Below the pieces are notes generated by a model. It ran no database searches. It saw only the letters and a program-made list of their open reading frames with translations, and had not been told where the DNA came from. Positions 25,742 to 38,432 of a DNA stretch of 64,000 bases are shown piece after piece. A program made the position numbers and the translations under genes. How positions within the stretch are numbered: the first letter of the stretch is position 1; every line of letters begins with the position of its first letter. Source of the DNA: Magallana gigas (Eukaryota); NCBI RefSeq assembly GCF_963853765.1, contig NC_088854.1:1054001-1118000 (forward strand), written 5' to 3'.

Positions 25742-27929
25742 AAGTCAACACTAATAAATCAACTGCAACATTAACACAGTATATAAATCCATGTAGGCAA
25801 CAACCGTAGGCAACATTATTATATCAATATGGTATATACTATCTTATAGCTATCTATTTTTATTAAAATACATATGCATGGTAACATGTAAACAAAATTT
25901 AAACCAATATGGCTTCCGCTTCCGAGACAGCTTCCGCCCAACACATGAAATTCATTTTACCAAAAAATATCTTCACAGTAGAAAAATACGTTTAAAAGGT
26001 GGGGAAAATAAAAAAAGGCATTTAAAGTTATAGATAGAAATAAGAATAGGGTAATTAAACCTTCTCTCCACTGTCACACCTAAGTGAACAACACAGGTAA
26101 GTTTTGTGAATGCTAGCCAAGCTATATTTAGAAATAGGTTAAACGACAAAGTTTTACTTTATAAGTAAAAATGACAAGAATACATATCGAATGCACTGTA
26201 CATTACTCATCACGGTCTGTTTTTGTGCCCGTGTTTCGAAGCAAGTCAAGCAGCTATATGCATAGACATGCTAGTAGATAAATCGTGCGCCCCTCTTGCA
26301 ACACGACCGAAAATTGGCTCGATTCTACTACGTCACAAACGATCACGTGATATATGTGATTGTTATATGCTGAAATGACTGAAATGTCAAATTAAGATGC
26401 AAAATTAGATTTCTACATTGAGTAAATTAGTTAAGAAATGTATTCTTAGGAATAGTTTACTATTCGGAAAGCTATTGATCAAATCATCCCTTATCTCTGG
26501 CCCCTGCAGTTAATATAGGGTAAAAACGCTTTACACACCCTACATGGTAAAGCTTAAAATAATAGCTTATGCCCCAATCTTTTGCTACATAAATCATTAA
26601 CAGATGAACAATAGCCAAATTTTTGAATACAACATACCAGCTTAGTCTCCCTAGTGTGAAATAGCACTAACAATTATTTAGGAAATTAGAATTTGCATTC
26701 AGAAGAGACTTAATTTGAACCGTGTCAATTTTTTTGGGGAGGGAAGGGGAGTGATTATATAGAGATCATTTCACTATACACTTTTTTCTTCCACGTATTA
26801 CATATGCATCAATATTCTGAACATTTGTTGTATTTGCTGATCACAAAAAACCCATGATTTTAGTTTGATTTAATAATAGTAAACTTTTATAATGACTCAC
26901 TATCAAATCTAGAGTTATCTAGATAGGTTATCTCGATGGAATGGTCAATACTTATTGATCGTATGTTGCTATATCAATATTACTAGTATAGGTTAAAACC
27001 AATGCTATACAATATAAATCAATACCATTTTAGTATATTAATCTTTTTTCTCTGAATTAAGCATTCAAACAAATACAACATTCAACTCTGGTGTTGCAAA
27101 TTGAGGGTTTTTTTTTCTTTTTTTATGTTATTTGGTTTTTAATGTAATATTCCTTTAAAGTCAAATTATTGTTCTTATAATTTCAGTGTATAAATGGTTT
27201 GTATTATTAGAGGAATGAAGATTCATTCTGTAAGAATTATGAGGGGTTCAAATACGGTCGCTGTAATAAAATCCAATAAAGCATGAATAATTTTATGATT
27301 TACTAAGCCTGACCATTATTGTAAAAATTTGACCCACTTATTAAACCAATAGTTCTTGAAGATACTCCACCTTCCCTGACCATTGTAATAAGTGTATGAT
27401 ACCACTCAATAGCGTATCTTTACGTATATGTCAATTACAGACTTGTCATCAAAGAATGCCACAAGGTCCATTGAACAGAGAAATATTTCTAGGTTAGTGT
27501 CAATACCTTGTCATGCCACCCTGATTATAAGGTTCGTACTGAAAACTCAGCTCTATTTCAAAGTTGTTGAATTTAATTTTTTGAAATACTTGCAGAATTT
27601 CCACTTTTCAATTAAAAGCTTCAAATCAAATCCAAACTTAAGAAACCACCAATTTTTTTTTATCATTTAACCATTGACGATATTTTTTATATTTTGTTTA
27701 TGTTTTGTAGATCAGAATGAAAATTTTAAACCTTTTCACTAATTTCGCCATGTTACTTTGTTATATCTAAAGTGTAAAAGTTCAAGAATAAGATATGGGT
27801 CTGACTATTTAGAAGAAGGACAGATCAAAGAACTATTTTTATTGGATACAAGTATGTTCTCTCACACATCATTGTTTCATCTCAAGAAATGAAAGGATCA
27901 GATTAAAGATATCTTTATTCATATACATT

Positions 27930-28124
27930 NNNNNNNNNNNNNNNNNNNNNNNNNNNNNNNNNNNNNNNNNNNNNNNNNNNNNNNNNNNNNNNNNNNNNNN
28001 NNNNNNNNNNNNNNNNNNNNNNNNNNNNNNNNNNNNNNNNNNNNNNNNNNNNNNNNNNNNNNNNNNNNNNNNNNNNNNNNNNNNNNNNNNNNNNNNNNNN
28101 NNNNNNNNNNNNNNNNNNNNNNNN
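27930..28124. other. Assembly gap (195 N)
   Basis: Direct reading. Confidence 1.
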
Positions 28125-28201
28125 TTTACTAAATTATTATAATATTAATTTTCTTTTTTATTGGCAGTTTTGAACATTAATCTGTTCTATTGTTTTAATT
28201 T

Positions 28202-29520
28202 TCAGTCCAGGTTGACGTAATCTGTTATTCGCTGTATAGTAGTTTTCCAACCGTATGCAAATCTGTCCAAAGTAAATCTTGATTGTATAGTCTACTGTGT
28301 CTGGCCAACCATTTTCAAGATGCAAACAATTGTTCCAACAGATTTGATACTTTCGTCTGTAACAAAGACCAACAGACCCTTTACCTCATTCTTAGCTTGA
28401 GAGAACTCTTTTTAGCTTATCTGAGCTGAAAGCTCAAGTGAACTTTTCTGATCACATTTTGTCTGTCGTCCCTCTGTCTGTCCGTCTGTCTAAGAACTTT
28501 TCATATTTTCAACATCTTCTCAAAAACCACTGGGTCAATTTCAAACAAACTTAGCACAAAGCATCCCTATGCTAAGGGAATTCAAAATTGTGAAAATTAC
28601 TAATAATTTGGAATTATTAAAAAAAATTGAGACATTTTCAAAAATCTTCTCCTCACGAACCATGAGGCCAGGAAGACTGAAACTTTTGTGGAAGCATCCC
28701 CAGGTAGTGTCTATTCAAAGTTGTGAAAATCATGACTCCCGGGGGTAGGGTGGAGCCACAATGGGGGTTCAAATTTTTTTCATAAGAATATATAGAGTAA
28801 ATATTAAAAAATCTTCTTCTCAGAATCAGCCAAGAAATCTGAAATTTGTGTGGAAGCATATTCGGGGTAGCGTGAATTCAAAGTTGTGAAAATCATGAAC
28901 CTCGAAGGTAGGGAGGGGCAAAAATGGGGGGTAGACTTTTTACATAAGAATATTTAGAGTAAATCTTTAAAAAAATCCTCTTCTCAAGAACCATTTGGCC
29001 AGGAAAGCTGACAATTATATGGAAGCATCCTCAGGTAGTGAAGATTCAAAGTTGTGAAAATCGTGACTCCCGATGATATGGTGGAGCCGCAATTGGGTTT
29101 TTTCAATTTTGCATATGAATATATTGAATAAATCTTTAAATATCTTCTCAGAAAGCAACCAGCTATGAAAGCTGAAACTTATGTAGAAGCATCCTCAGGT
29201 AGTTTAGATTACCTCCATTGTGGCCGATCCTACTCCCGGGAGTCAACATTTTTACTACTTTGAATCTTTACTACCTGAGAATGCTTCCAAAAAAGTTTCA
29301 GCTTTCCTGGCCAAATGGTTCTTGAGCTTTCAGCTCAGGTGCGCTAAAAACTGCATTGACGTAAAAAAAATTCAGACTGCTGACTAGTTTTGAGAGAAAT
29401 TATCTTTAACTTCTCGCAGCGTCTACAGTTAAAGAGCTAAAGAAAGAAATCTTGTAGGATTAAAAACTGGCTATCACCAATATCACAGTTGCACGACTCC
29501 GGCATATTGTAATCCAAAAT
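28202..29520 (-). pseudogene. HSPA12: HSPA12 last-exon relic (psi1), split by a Helentron insertion
   Basis: Minus strand reads ...SMQ|KEFSQAKNEVKGLLVFVTDESIKSVGTIVC(fs)ENGWPDTVDYTIKIYFGQICIR...; the sequence rejoins in frame across the 28409-29350 insertion. Confidence 0.8.
28409..29350. mobile_element. Non-autonomous Helentron with Cg170-like satellite units; fold-back structure with two 3' termini
   Basis: Left end TTAGCTTATCTGAGCTGAAAGCTCAAG, then (CTGT)-type microsatellite and ~3.5 units of 166 bp. Orientation flips at ~29205; right end TTGAGCTTTCAGCTCAGGTGCGCTAA. Confidence 0.85.
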
Positions 29521-30604
29521 GTATGTAATTTAACTTGCTCTATCCCTAAATTCCTTTATTTTGTTAATTTGATGGTTATTTTTGTACCAAATTTTGCAAT
29601 TTGGATATTGTGACATTGCTTCATGCATTTAACTTCCTTTTCACATGTCTCTATGTATGTTAAAAATTAGTGCTTTATTTTTAAGTTATTTGATGTTTAT
29701 AAATCAATTAATAAATACTTATAAATTATAACTGCAAATAAACAACAACATGTAATCATAAACAGCAGATAAATGGAAAACTATTTTTAAAAAAATCGCT
29801 CTTAACGTTTGTTTTAAAAACAAAAATTTACCTAATCAGTATTTCAAGAAACGTAGCTCAGGCGTGTCCTCGTTTTTCAAATTCACTGTTTTTCTTTCTA
29901 TTTTCTGTGTTTTTTCTGTAATATTCTTTTAATAATGAGATTTCTAAACAATTGTTTAAAATGATACATTCTTTACCGTTATTTAGAAAGTGATTTACTC
30001 TTTCACTCCTCCATGTTGCAAGAGTAGTTTTTTTGTGATGAGATTTCTATACATTAAGTTTTTTAATGGATTTTAACATAGGGTTTGTCATCCAATTATT
30101 CGTTACGCATTTATTTCATTAACTTTAAGTATATAAACACTTTTGCTTATTCAAAAGCTTGATAGCATATCTACAAATCGAAAAACTAATGAATATAATT
30201 CTACGTAATTTTATTTACTGAATCATGAAATAAATGATTTTTCAAAATTTGTTTATCAAATTGAAAATAATCTTCTTTTTAAAAAAATCCAAAAGTATTG
30301 TAGACAACAAAGCAATACGAAATAAACTCAAATGATTAGGAGACAAACAAATCTAAAAAACTAAGTTTTATTTAATTAAAGCAGTGTGTTTTTCAAGAAA
30401 CAGAAATTATCGTAACTTCGCAAATAATGATAATGAGATCGAACCGAAAATATCTAGCATATTCACATTGTTAAAAACAATATTATGTGATTTGTACATA
30501 TATTTAACCTTTTGAATATTCTAAAATAGACGTTTTGCTCTTTTTTACTGTTTGGAAAATACGTCTCTCACATTTCGTAGTCTTTTGTAAGTATGCTGTG
30601 GAAT

Positions 30605-33600
30605 TCAGTCTAGCTCAAAGGATGCTTTTATCTGTTCCTTATTCGCTGTATCGTAGTTCTCTATCCGGATGCTGGTCTGTCCGAAGTATATCTTAGTTAT
30701 AAGGTCTACCCTGTCCGGCCAGCCATTTTCAGGGGGCATGCAAACAATTTGTCCTATAAACATGAAGCCCTCATCTGTAACAAAAGCCAACTGATCCTCT
30801 CTGACGTTCTTAGCTTGATAGAGCTCTATCGTTATTGAAACGAATTTTCTATTCTTGTTCCGATGACGCGAAATACTCTTAAAAGTCTTCTCTTCATTGT
30901 ACTTTACTATCTCATCTTTGTACGCTAAGACATGAAAAACATTTTTGCACATCTCCTTTCCGTCAATAATAGCGCGTTTTCTTTGAGGGTGTTTTTTGCT
31001 GTCAAAGGGCTCGAGAATACCTATGCCATAGGTATATCTACAGATTCTTGCCGAAACAGCACAGGGATTGTAACCAAAAATTACTGCACCTTTTAGGACC
31101 ACTGTACTACGCTCGGGGGGAGAGATGATCCGAATGTTAGAAAAAGCAAAATATTTTATTATTTCCTCTCTTAAAAATGTTGAGCACGAAAACCCTCCAA
31201 CCAACAAAATCAATTCAATTGCTCCTACTTCACCTATGATTTTTTCAATGATGCGAATTATTTCTTCTTTTGAAGTTTTAAAAAAACCTTGGAACTGTGT
31301 TTGGTCAACGTAAATGTGTTCCAATGTCATTGATTTGCCCTGATTTTGGATTTCTGTGTTTGCAAACATTTTTAATCGATTGGGAATCTGGAGTCGGATG
31401 TCATCCAGACTTGTATTACAGCTGATTTGTCTTTTCTTGGCTTCAAATTCTCTCTCAAAATCTAAAGCATCTCTAGGGGCTATCTCCCATAACTTATCAA
31501 TACACTCCTCATTCTTGAATAATCCAGTGACAAACGCTTTAAATTCGGCGTCAACAATATTTCCACCCCAGTCTCCACCGCTGGCTTTATAGACTTCCGC
31601 TAATGTCTTGTCCTCCATGATCTTGTGAACCACTATGTCAATGGTACCCCCTAAAATAACAGAGAATGTTACGGTGGTTGGCTTTATGTAAAACTAAAAT
31701 CAACACATATACAGATAAATGGCACCACAAAACCCAAAACAACTTTTTCAGCGACCTCAAAACTGTTTCATTGTTTAAAACATTGAGAATTTTTGCTGCT
31801 CATTAGAAGAACATATTTATCGACCCTGTTAATGTAACTCTAGTTTTTTTCGTATCCGGTTCTTTTTTTTTTACACAGCGTGATAAATTTCCCGTTATAG
31901 TTTTGGGCACATAAATGATTATTTAAGATGACATGTATTTCACTTAAAGTACATGTATAGTACAAGTATGGTGGCTTCAGTACAAATATATAGCTCGTAT
32001 TTTTCAAAAGGAGAGAAAACCATAAATATGTCAAAACACTTGGTGAAAATAGGCTTGCCGGACTGGGGATACTAATGCAATTTTTTCAACGATGTTCCAT
32101 GTTAGGACCAAAATTTTAATACTTATAATACTAATATTATTAAAATTTAAATTAGTATATTCTTTTAAGGGACTTTTAGATTATGTGTATTTGGAACATT
32201 TCAATTTTTTCCAATGTTTGCAGAAAAAAACTTGTGAAACTAAATCAAAGAATATGGGATAAGATATGTTAAACTAGCTGTTCAATATAAATATACATGT
32301 AAGTTGTTTTAACTGTTCAAATTTTTTTTTAAAAGTTTAATTGGACACAAATTTCTAAATGACCCGGTCTAACTTAACATGTATAGAGTAAATATCCATT
32401 GGTACGTAGAAATTTTGGTCATAATTTCATGGTTTGTTTGAAATGCATCTCTTTAGAATTTTCATAAGTTAATATAAATCATAGTTTTGTGACAGTGACA
32501 AAAATGTATGTATGGTATTTCATTGAAGATAATAAAGTGTTTTTGTCGTAATAAGGAATAACATTTTGTAAAAAGCATGCATATAAATAATGTTAAGGTA
32601 GCTTTTACATCAGTAAAGCAGATAGGTTGAATGGTTCTATTGGAAACCAAAATTTTATTTCAACAAATTAGTATGAATAATACATGAGTGTATATTTTTA
32701 ATATTTTAAAAGAAAGATAACTCTTGTGCGCTTGCTTCAATTGAAAGTATTTCATTTTATTTGTAACTGGGTCTAAATAACTTTGTAAAAGATTAAAAAT
32801 TTTCATTTAAAATTAAACATAAAAGTTGAGGTTGAGAACCAGACTGGTGTGTTGTGAGTTTCGGTATTTTAAGGTTTTCTGTTACGACCACTTGTATCCA
32901 AAATTTTTGGAGAGGTACTAGCTTTTAAAATCTATTTTAGTTGTATATTGCTATATGTTTTGCCAGATATTCTATCGTGTATGGAGTCTAAGTACTGATA
33001 CTTGTTTTCAGATAACTTTTATCGGTCATTATTATATAGTCATATATGATACATTGTCGTTTCTTTAAAATAGACTATAAATGTCACATATAATATTCAT
33101 TTTTGTCCCAAAAAAACCCCAACAAAACAAAAAACAAGAAACCCATGGGCAACATTGCTCACCTGAACAATAGACATCATAAAATCAGCTTTATAGAGTC
33201 ATACAAAAAAAAAATATGAGCAATGTAGTATAACAGATCCTGTGTTAAAAAATCAATTTTTTCCTGGACATTCTGTTTATAATTGGTCCCTTATTGTCAC
33301 AGTATAGTCATTTCACATATTTAACATTACAGTTCTCAAGAATATCTAAATTAAATGGGATATAAACCGATATCAAACTTGTGAAGCCCAAGAATTGCCA
33401 GGGGTCAACGTCTAAACAATTTTAAAGAATCACAATTATTTCAAAATGCTTGCATATAAGTAAAATCATACATTTAAGATAACATTTAAGATTTGGTAAA
33501 TTTGAAATATTTTCCTTTGTAAAATTGCGCCCCCGCCCCCCCCCCCCCCTCTCCCACGTGGCTCCACTCTACTCTTGAAAAATATGATTTTGACGAACTT

Positions 33601-35280
33601 GAATCTACACTATCTAGGTTGCTTTCACTAATCTCCCAAAACGTTTCCCCATTGTGCGCCTACCCTACCCCTGGGGAACATAATTCAACCAAATTTACCC
33701 TACACAAATTGCAGCTTTTCTAGTCAGTCGTGTTCTGGGTAAAAGATTAAAAATAAAATTTCTCTTTATATTCTCATGTAAAAATGTGACCCCCACCCTT
33801 TGTGACCCCACCTTACCCCCGGGGACCATGATTTTAACAAATTTAAATCTACACTATCTGAGGAGGCTTCCACACAAGTTTCAGTTTTTCTGGCCAAATG
33901 GGGTTAAGAAGAAGATTTTTAAAAATTAACTCTATATACTCCCATATAAAAATTCGCCCCTCCCCCCCCCCCCCATTTTTGCCCCACGTTACGCCCGGGG
34001 ACCATGATTTGAACAAACTTGAATCTAAACTATCTGAGGATGTTTTCACACAGGTTCAGCTTTTCTGGCCAAATGGTTTTTAAAGAAGACTTTTGAAAAA
34101 TTAAACCAAATTTTCAATAAATCCTAATTATATCTCCTTCAAATAGGGTGTGAACCTTTAATTAAAGATGCTTTGTGCCAAATTTAGTTGAAATTGGCCC
34201 ATTGGTTCAGGAGAATAAGTCGAAAATGTAAAACGTTTACCGACAGAGAGACGGACAGACGGACGGACGGGCGGACAGACGGACATCGGACAAAAAGTGA
34301 TCAGAAAAGCTCAATTGAGCTGTAGCTAAGGTGAGCTTATAAATAAATAAACTCATAACCTCCCATATCAAGGACCATGTACTTGGTTCCTGGTTCGAAT
34401 GCCGATGTAACCATATGTTTCTGTAGTTCCCTACAGTACAGTGCTGCCGCTTCCGGTTCTAGTGCTAGAAGAATCTGATACTCTGCTAAATCTGCCTAGT
34501 TAAAATAACATTTAATCAGATTTAGAAATGTTTATGATGTTTGTAAATTTATGTTATATTCGCTAAGTGGAGAATGATTTCACTAAAATTTTCGTTATTT
34601 ACTTGATAAAATACATTGTTTAATAACCTTAATGGCTGCCTTTCTCATGAACTGTTTTGCAGATTCGGACCAAATTGCAGGAACTGTCAAGACGTAAAGG
34701 ACATTTTTAGATTTGTACACTGATCCGCGTCTTTCTATAGTGTTTTGAAAGTGACCCTTTAACACCCTAATTATGTGTGCAAATATATCAATTGCTGGTA
34801 TCTTCCTTTTCCCTCCGTCCTCTTGTATCTCAAAAGTTTCATTGATGCTCTGTTATCAAATTAAAATATATCATATTGATTATAAAATTATGCTTCTTTT
34901 TTAATGGCAGCAAACTATTTTATTGTAAAACCTACCTTTTCGTGGTACAGTCTCATTTTGAAATTGCAAAATCTGTAGCATTTATGGTGCGTTTTATCCT
35001 GAACCATCTTAGCGTAATTTGCCTCTGCTTCATAACCAAAAGAGTTGAAGGATCTGTCTTCGTTCAGTAGGACGATGGAAGGGGCCTTGGCTGTTTTATC
35101 ATGACTAAAATTTCCTATCCATTCATTGAGATTGATCTTGTTTTCTTTGATCTGTTTTCTGTCACTGTATGCATACCCTGAGTAGCTTGTTCCTATGTCA
35201 AATGCTACTACAATATCCCAGTTGTAGTTGTCGGAAATATGTTCTGATACATATACTGGTAGCTTTTCTTGATCAGCCAT
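30605..35280 (-). CDS. HSPA12: HSPA12-like atypical HSP70, copy B (~582 aa)
   Basis: Exons 35280-34936, 34849-34628, 34495-34360, 31650-30605; same motifs and intron phases as copy A. Confidence 0.92.
33132..34339 (+). mobile_element. Non-autonomous Helentron with ~2.5 Cg170-like units, in intron 3 of copy B
   Basis: Start AAACAAGAAACCCATGGGCAACATTGCTCACCTGA; (GGAC)n near the end; terminus AAAAGCTCAATTGAGCTGTAGCTAAGGTGAGCT. Confidence 0.85.
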
Positions 35281-35440
35281 ATCGCTTTGGAAATAACATT
35301 TACACACTTTCACTGCTGCAAAAAATTGTTATTATAAGAATTCACTACTCAAGCATATAAGCAATTCAAAATTAAATTGAAATAATTGGTGTTGTTGAAA
35401 AAGAAAATAAGGTATGTAATACCTTAAAGTTTTGAAATAT

Positions 35441-35483
35441 GGGGTTTCCATAATAAACCGAAAACGAAAGTTAAATGACGTAA
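35441..35483. promoter_or_regulatory. kappaB-like + ISRE/IRF-E-like + CRE-like module upstream of HSPA12 copy B
   Basis: GGGGTTTCC (35441-35449), GAAAACGAAAGT (35460-35471), TGACGTAA (35476-35483). Confidence 0.6.
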
Positions 35484-36129
35484 AAATAAGTGATTTAAAG
35501 CTTGAACAATTATTAAACTTTACATGATGAAACAATAAAAAAAAATGACTAAAAAAAGTTCTTAAACATATGCGTAATAATTGACCTACATTTAAACTTC
35601 AAACAAAAATTACATAAAATAATGGCCACCATGATTAATATTTTGATTTTATGCATATGCACTAGCTATGACAACAACTTTTATTTTTACTTATTAATTC
35701 GTTGTACTACTTCGCTGTTTCTTATTTCTTGTTAAAAGACGTTCTAAATCTATACAAAATGATGGAACACCAACCTTAGACTATAAATCCACGTGCCAGC
35801 TAGGTCTCTTTAACAGCAGAATGACGTATTTAAACTGATAAAACGTGTTTGTTTGACATAATACCGAAAACTAAGGGGCATGGTCATGTTTGACCTGATA
35901 TTTTCAAATGTCTTTTCTTCTATTTTTACTCTTTCAACACTTTACTAATGTATTTCTTATGTGTAAGCCACTGTCAACTGCCGAGTAAAAGACAGAAATC
36001 AACCTCTGAATCCCAGTTGGGACTACACAAAAGGTGTTTGTGTATTGTCAATTCCACGTTTATGTTGACCACAAATTTTGTCAGTTATATTCTTTACCTT
36101 TCGAACATGCATTAAAATTTAAGATTAAA

Positions 36130-36132
<3 letters not shown>

Positions 36133-36168
<36 letters not shown>

Positions 36169-38432
36169 CGATAATAGGCATGATAAAATCAGCTTAATGT
36201 AGTCATAATAAAACAAGAGGCGCATGGGAAACATCGCTCACCTGAGCAACAATAGTCATAATAAAATCAGCTTCATGGAGTCATAATAAAAAATATCTGA
36301 ACAGTGTAGTATTATACATTTAGATCCTGTATGAAAAAATCAGTTTCCCCCTGAATATTCTTATATTTATCATCAAGTCCCTTTTCTAAACTGATGATTA
36401 TATTAGTCATATCACATTCAGCATTGCAGTTCTCAAAAGACCTTAAACAATTGTTTATATACAGGATATAAACCTACATCAAACTCTGAACCCCCTGTGA
36501 GGCCCAATAATCGTCCAGAGGCCAAAGTTTACACAATTTTAAAGAATTAGCAACATGTAAAAATGTTTGCATATAAGTAAAGGCGTTTATAATAACATTT
36601 CAGTTTTTGTGAATAATTAAAATGTTTTCCTTTGTACAACTGAATCCCCAATGTGGCCCCACCCTACTTCTAAAGATTTTGATTGACAGATATTCAAATC
36701 TACACTATCTGAAGTTGCTTTCACTAAAGATACACCTTTTCTACGCAATTGTTTGTTTGGATTGTTTTTTAAAATTGAAGGATTCTAAAGATTTACTCTA
36801 CATATTCCTATATAAAGAGTCGATCCCCAATGTGGCCCTACCCTACCTCCGGGGATCATGCTTTTCACAGCTTTGAATTTATACTACCCGACGATTCTTC
36901 CAAATAAGTTTCAGTTTTCCTGGCCTAACAGTTTCTGAGAAGAAGAATTTTAAAGATTTACTCTATATACAACTATGTTAAAATTCAACCCCCCATTGTG
37001 GACCCACCCTAATCCCGAGGGTCATGATTTTCACAACTTTGAATCTACACTATCTGAGGATGCTTCTACACAAGTATCAGCTTTCCTGGCCTAATGGTTT
37101 CTGAGAAGAAGAATTTTAAAGATTTACTCTATATATTCCTATGTAAAAAGTCGACTGCCACTGTGGCCCCTTCCTACCCCTCGGGGTTATGATTTTCACA
37201 ACTTTAAATCTACACTATCTGAGACTACTTCCACATAAGTTTCAGCTTTCCTGGCCAAATGGTTCTGAGAAGAAGATCTTAAAGATATACTCTATATATT
37301 CCTATGTTAAATTTTGACACCCATTGTGGCTCCAACCTACCCCCGAGGGTCATGATTTTTACAGCTTTGAATCTTCATTACCGGAGAATGCTTTCACATA
37401 AGGTTTATTTTTTCTAGCCAAATGGTTCTTAAAAAGATTTTTAAAGATTTACAAAATATACTTGTATGTTAAAATTCGACCCCCATTGTGGCCCCACTCC
37501 ACCCCGGCGGTCATGATTTTCACAACTTTGAATCTACACTACCTGAGAATGCTTCCACATAAGTTTCAGTTTTCTTGGCTTAACAGTTTCTGTGAAAGAG
37601 ATTTTTAAAGATTTACTCTATATATAACTATGTTAAAATTCACCCCCCCCCCCCCCCCACTGAGTCCCCATTCTATCTAACCCCGAGGGTCAGGATTTTC
37701 ATAACTTTGAATCTACACAATCTGAGGATGCTTCTACACAAGTGACAGCTTTCCTTGCCAAAAGGTTTCTGAGAGGAAAATTTTTGAAGCTTCACTCTAT
37801 ATATCCCTATGTAAAAAGTTAACTCCCATTGTGGCCTCACTCTACAACCGGGGGTCATGACTTTCATAACTTTGAATCTACACTATCTGAGACTGCTTCA
37901 GTATATGTAACAGCTTTCCTGGCCACATGGTTTTTAAGAAGAAGATTTTAAAGATATACTTTATATATTCCTATGTAAAATTCGACCCCACCCACCCCCC
38001 CCCCCCCCGCTATTGTGGTGCTACCCCACCCCCGGGGGTCATGATTTTCACAGCTTTGAATTTACACTACCTGAGGATTCTATATATTCCTATGTATAAA
38101 TTCGATCCCCCATAATATATTTATGGCCCATCCTACCCCCGGGGGTCATGATTTTCACAACTTTGAATTTACACTACCTGAGGATGCCTCCACACAAGTT
38201 TCAGCTTTCCTTTAAAATTTCCCGAAAATTTGTAATAATTCCTAGTTATCTGCCGTTATAAAAGCATGCGGTCCTTAATTTTCACAACTTTGAATCCCCT
38301 TAGCCTAAGGATGCTTTGTGCCAAGTTCGGGTTAAAACGGTCCAGTGGTTCTTGAGAAAATGTGAAAAGTTTACAGACAGACGGACAGACAGAAGGACGA
38401 CAGACAAAATGTGATCAGAATAGCTCACTTAA
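36133..38432 (+). mobile_element. Non-autonomous Helentron with duplicated 5' end and ~9-10 Cg170-like 166-bp units
   Basis: Two AAACAAGAGGC(C/G)CATGGG...ATCGCTCACCTGAGC starts (~36133, ~36211); satellite array ~36640-38210; (GACA/GGAC)n and GTGATCAGAATAGCTCACTT end. Confidence 0.9.

Noticed and set aside
26190-26510. CpG-richer patch with CACGTG/ACGTCA motifs as a promoter of a hidden gene
   Set aside because: No associated exon or ORF found; more likely a TE remnant, but its ends could not be defined.
27930-28124. N run as a biological feature
   Set aside because: Assembly gap; adjacent structure should be treated cautiously.
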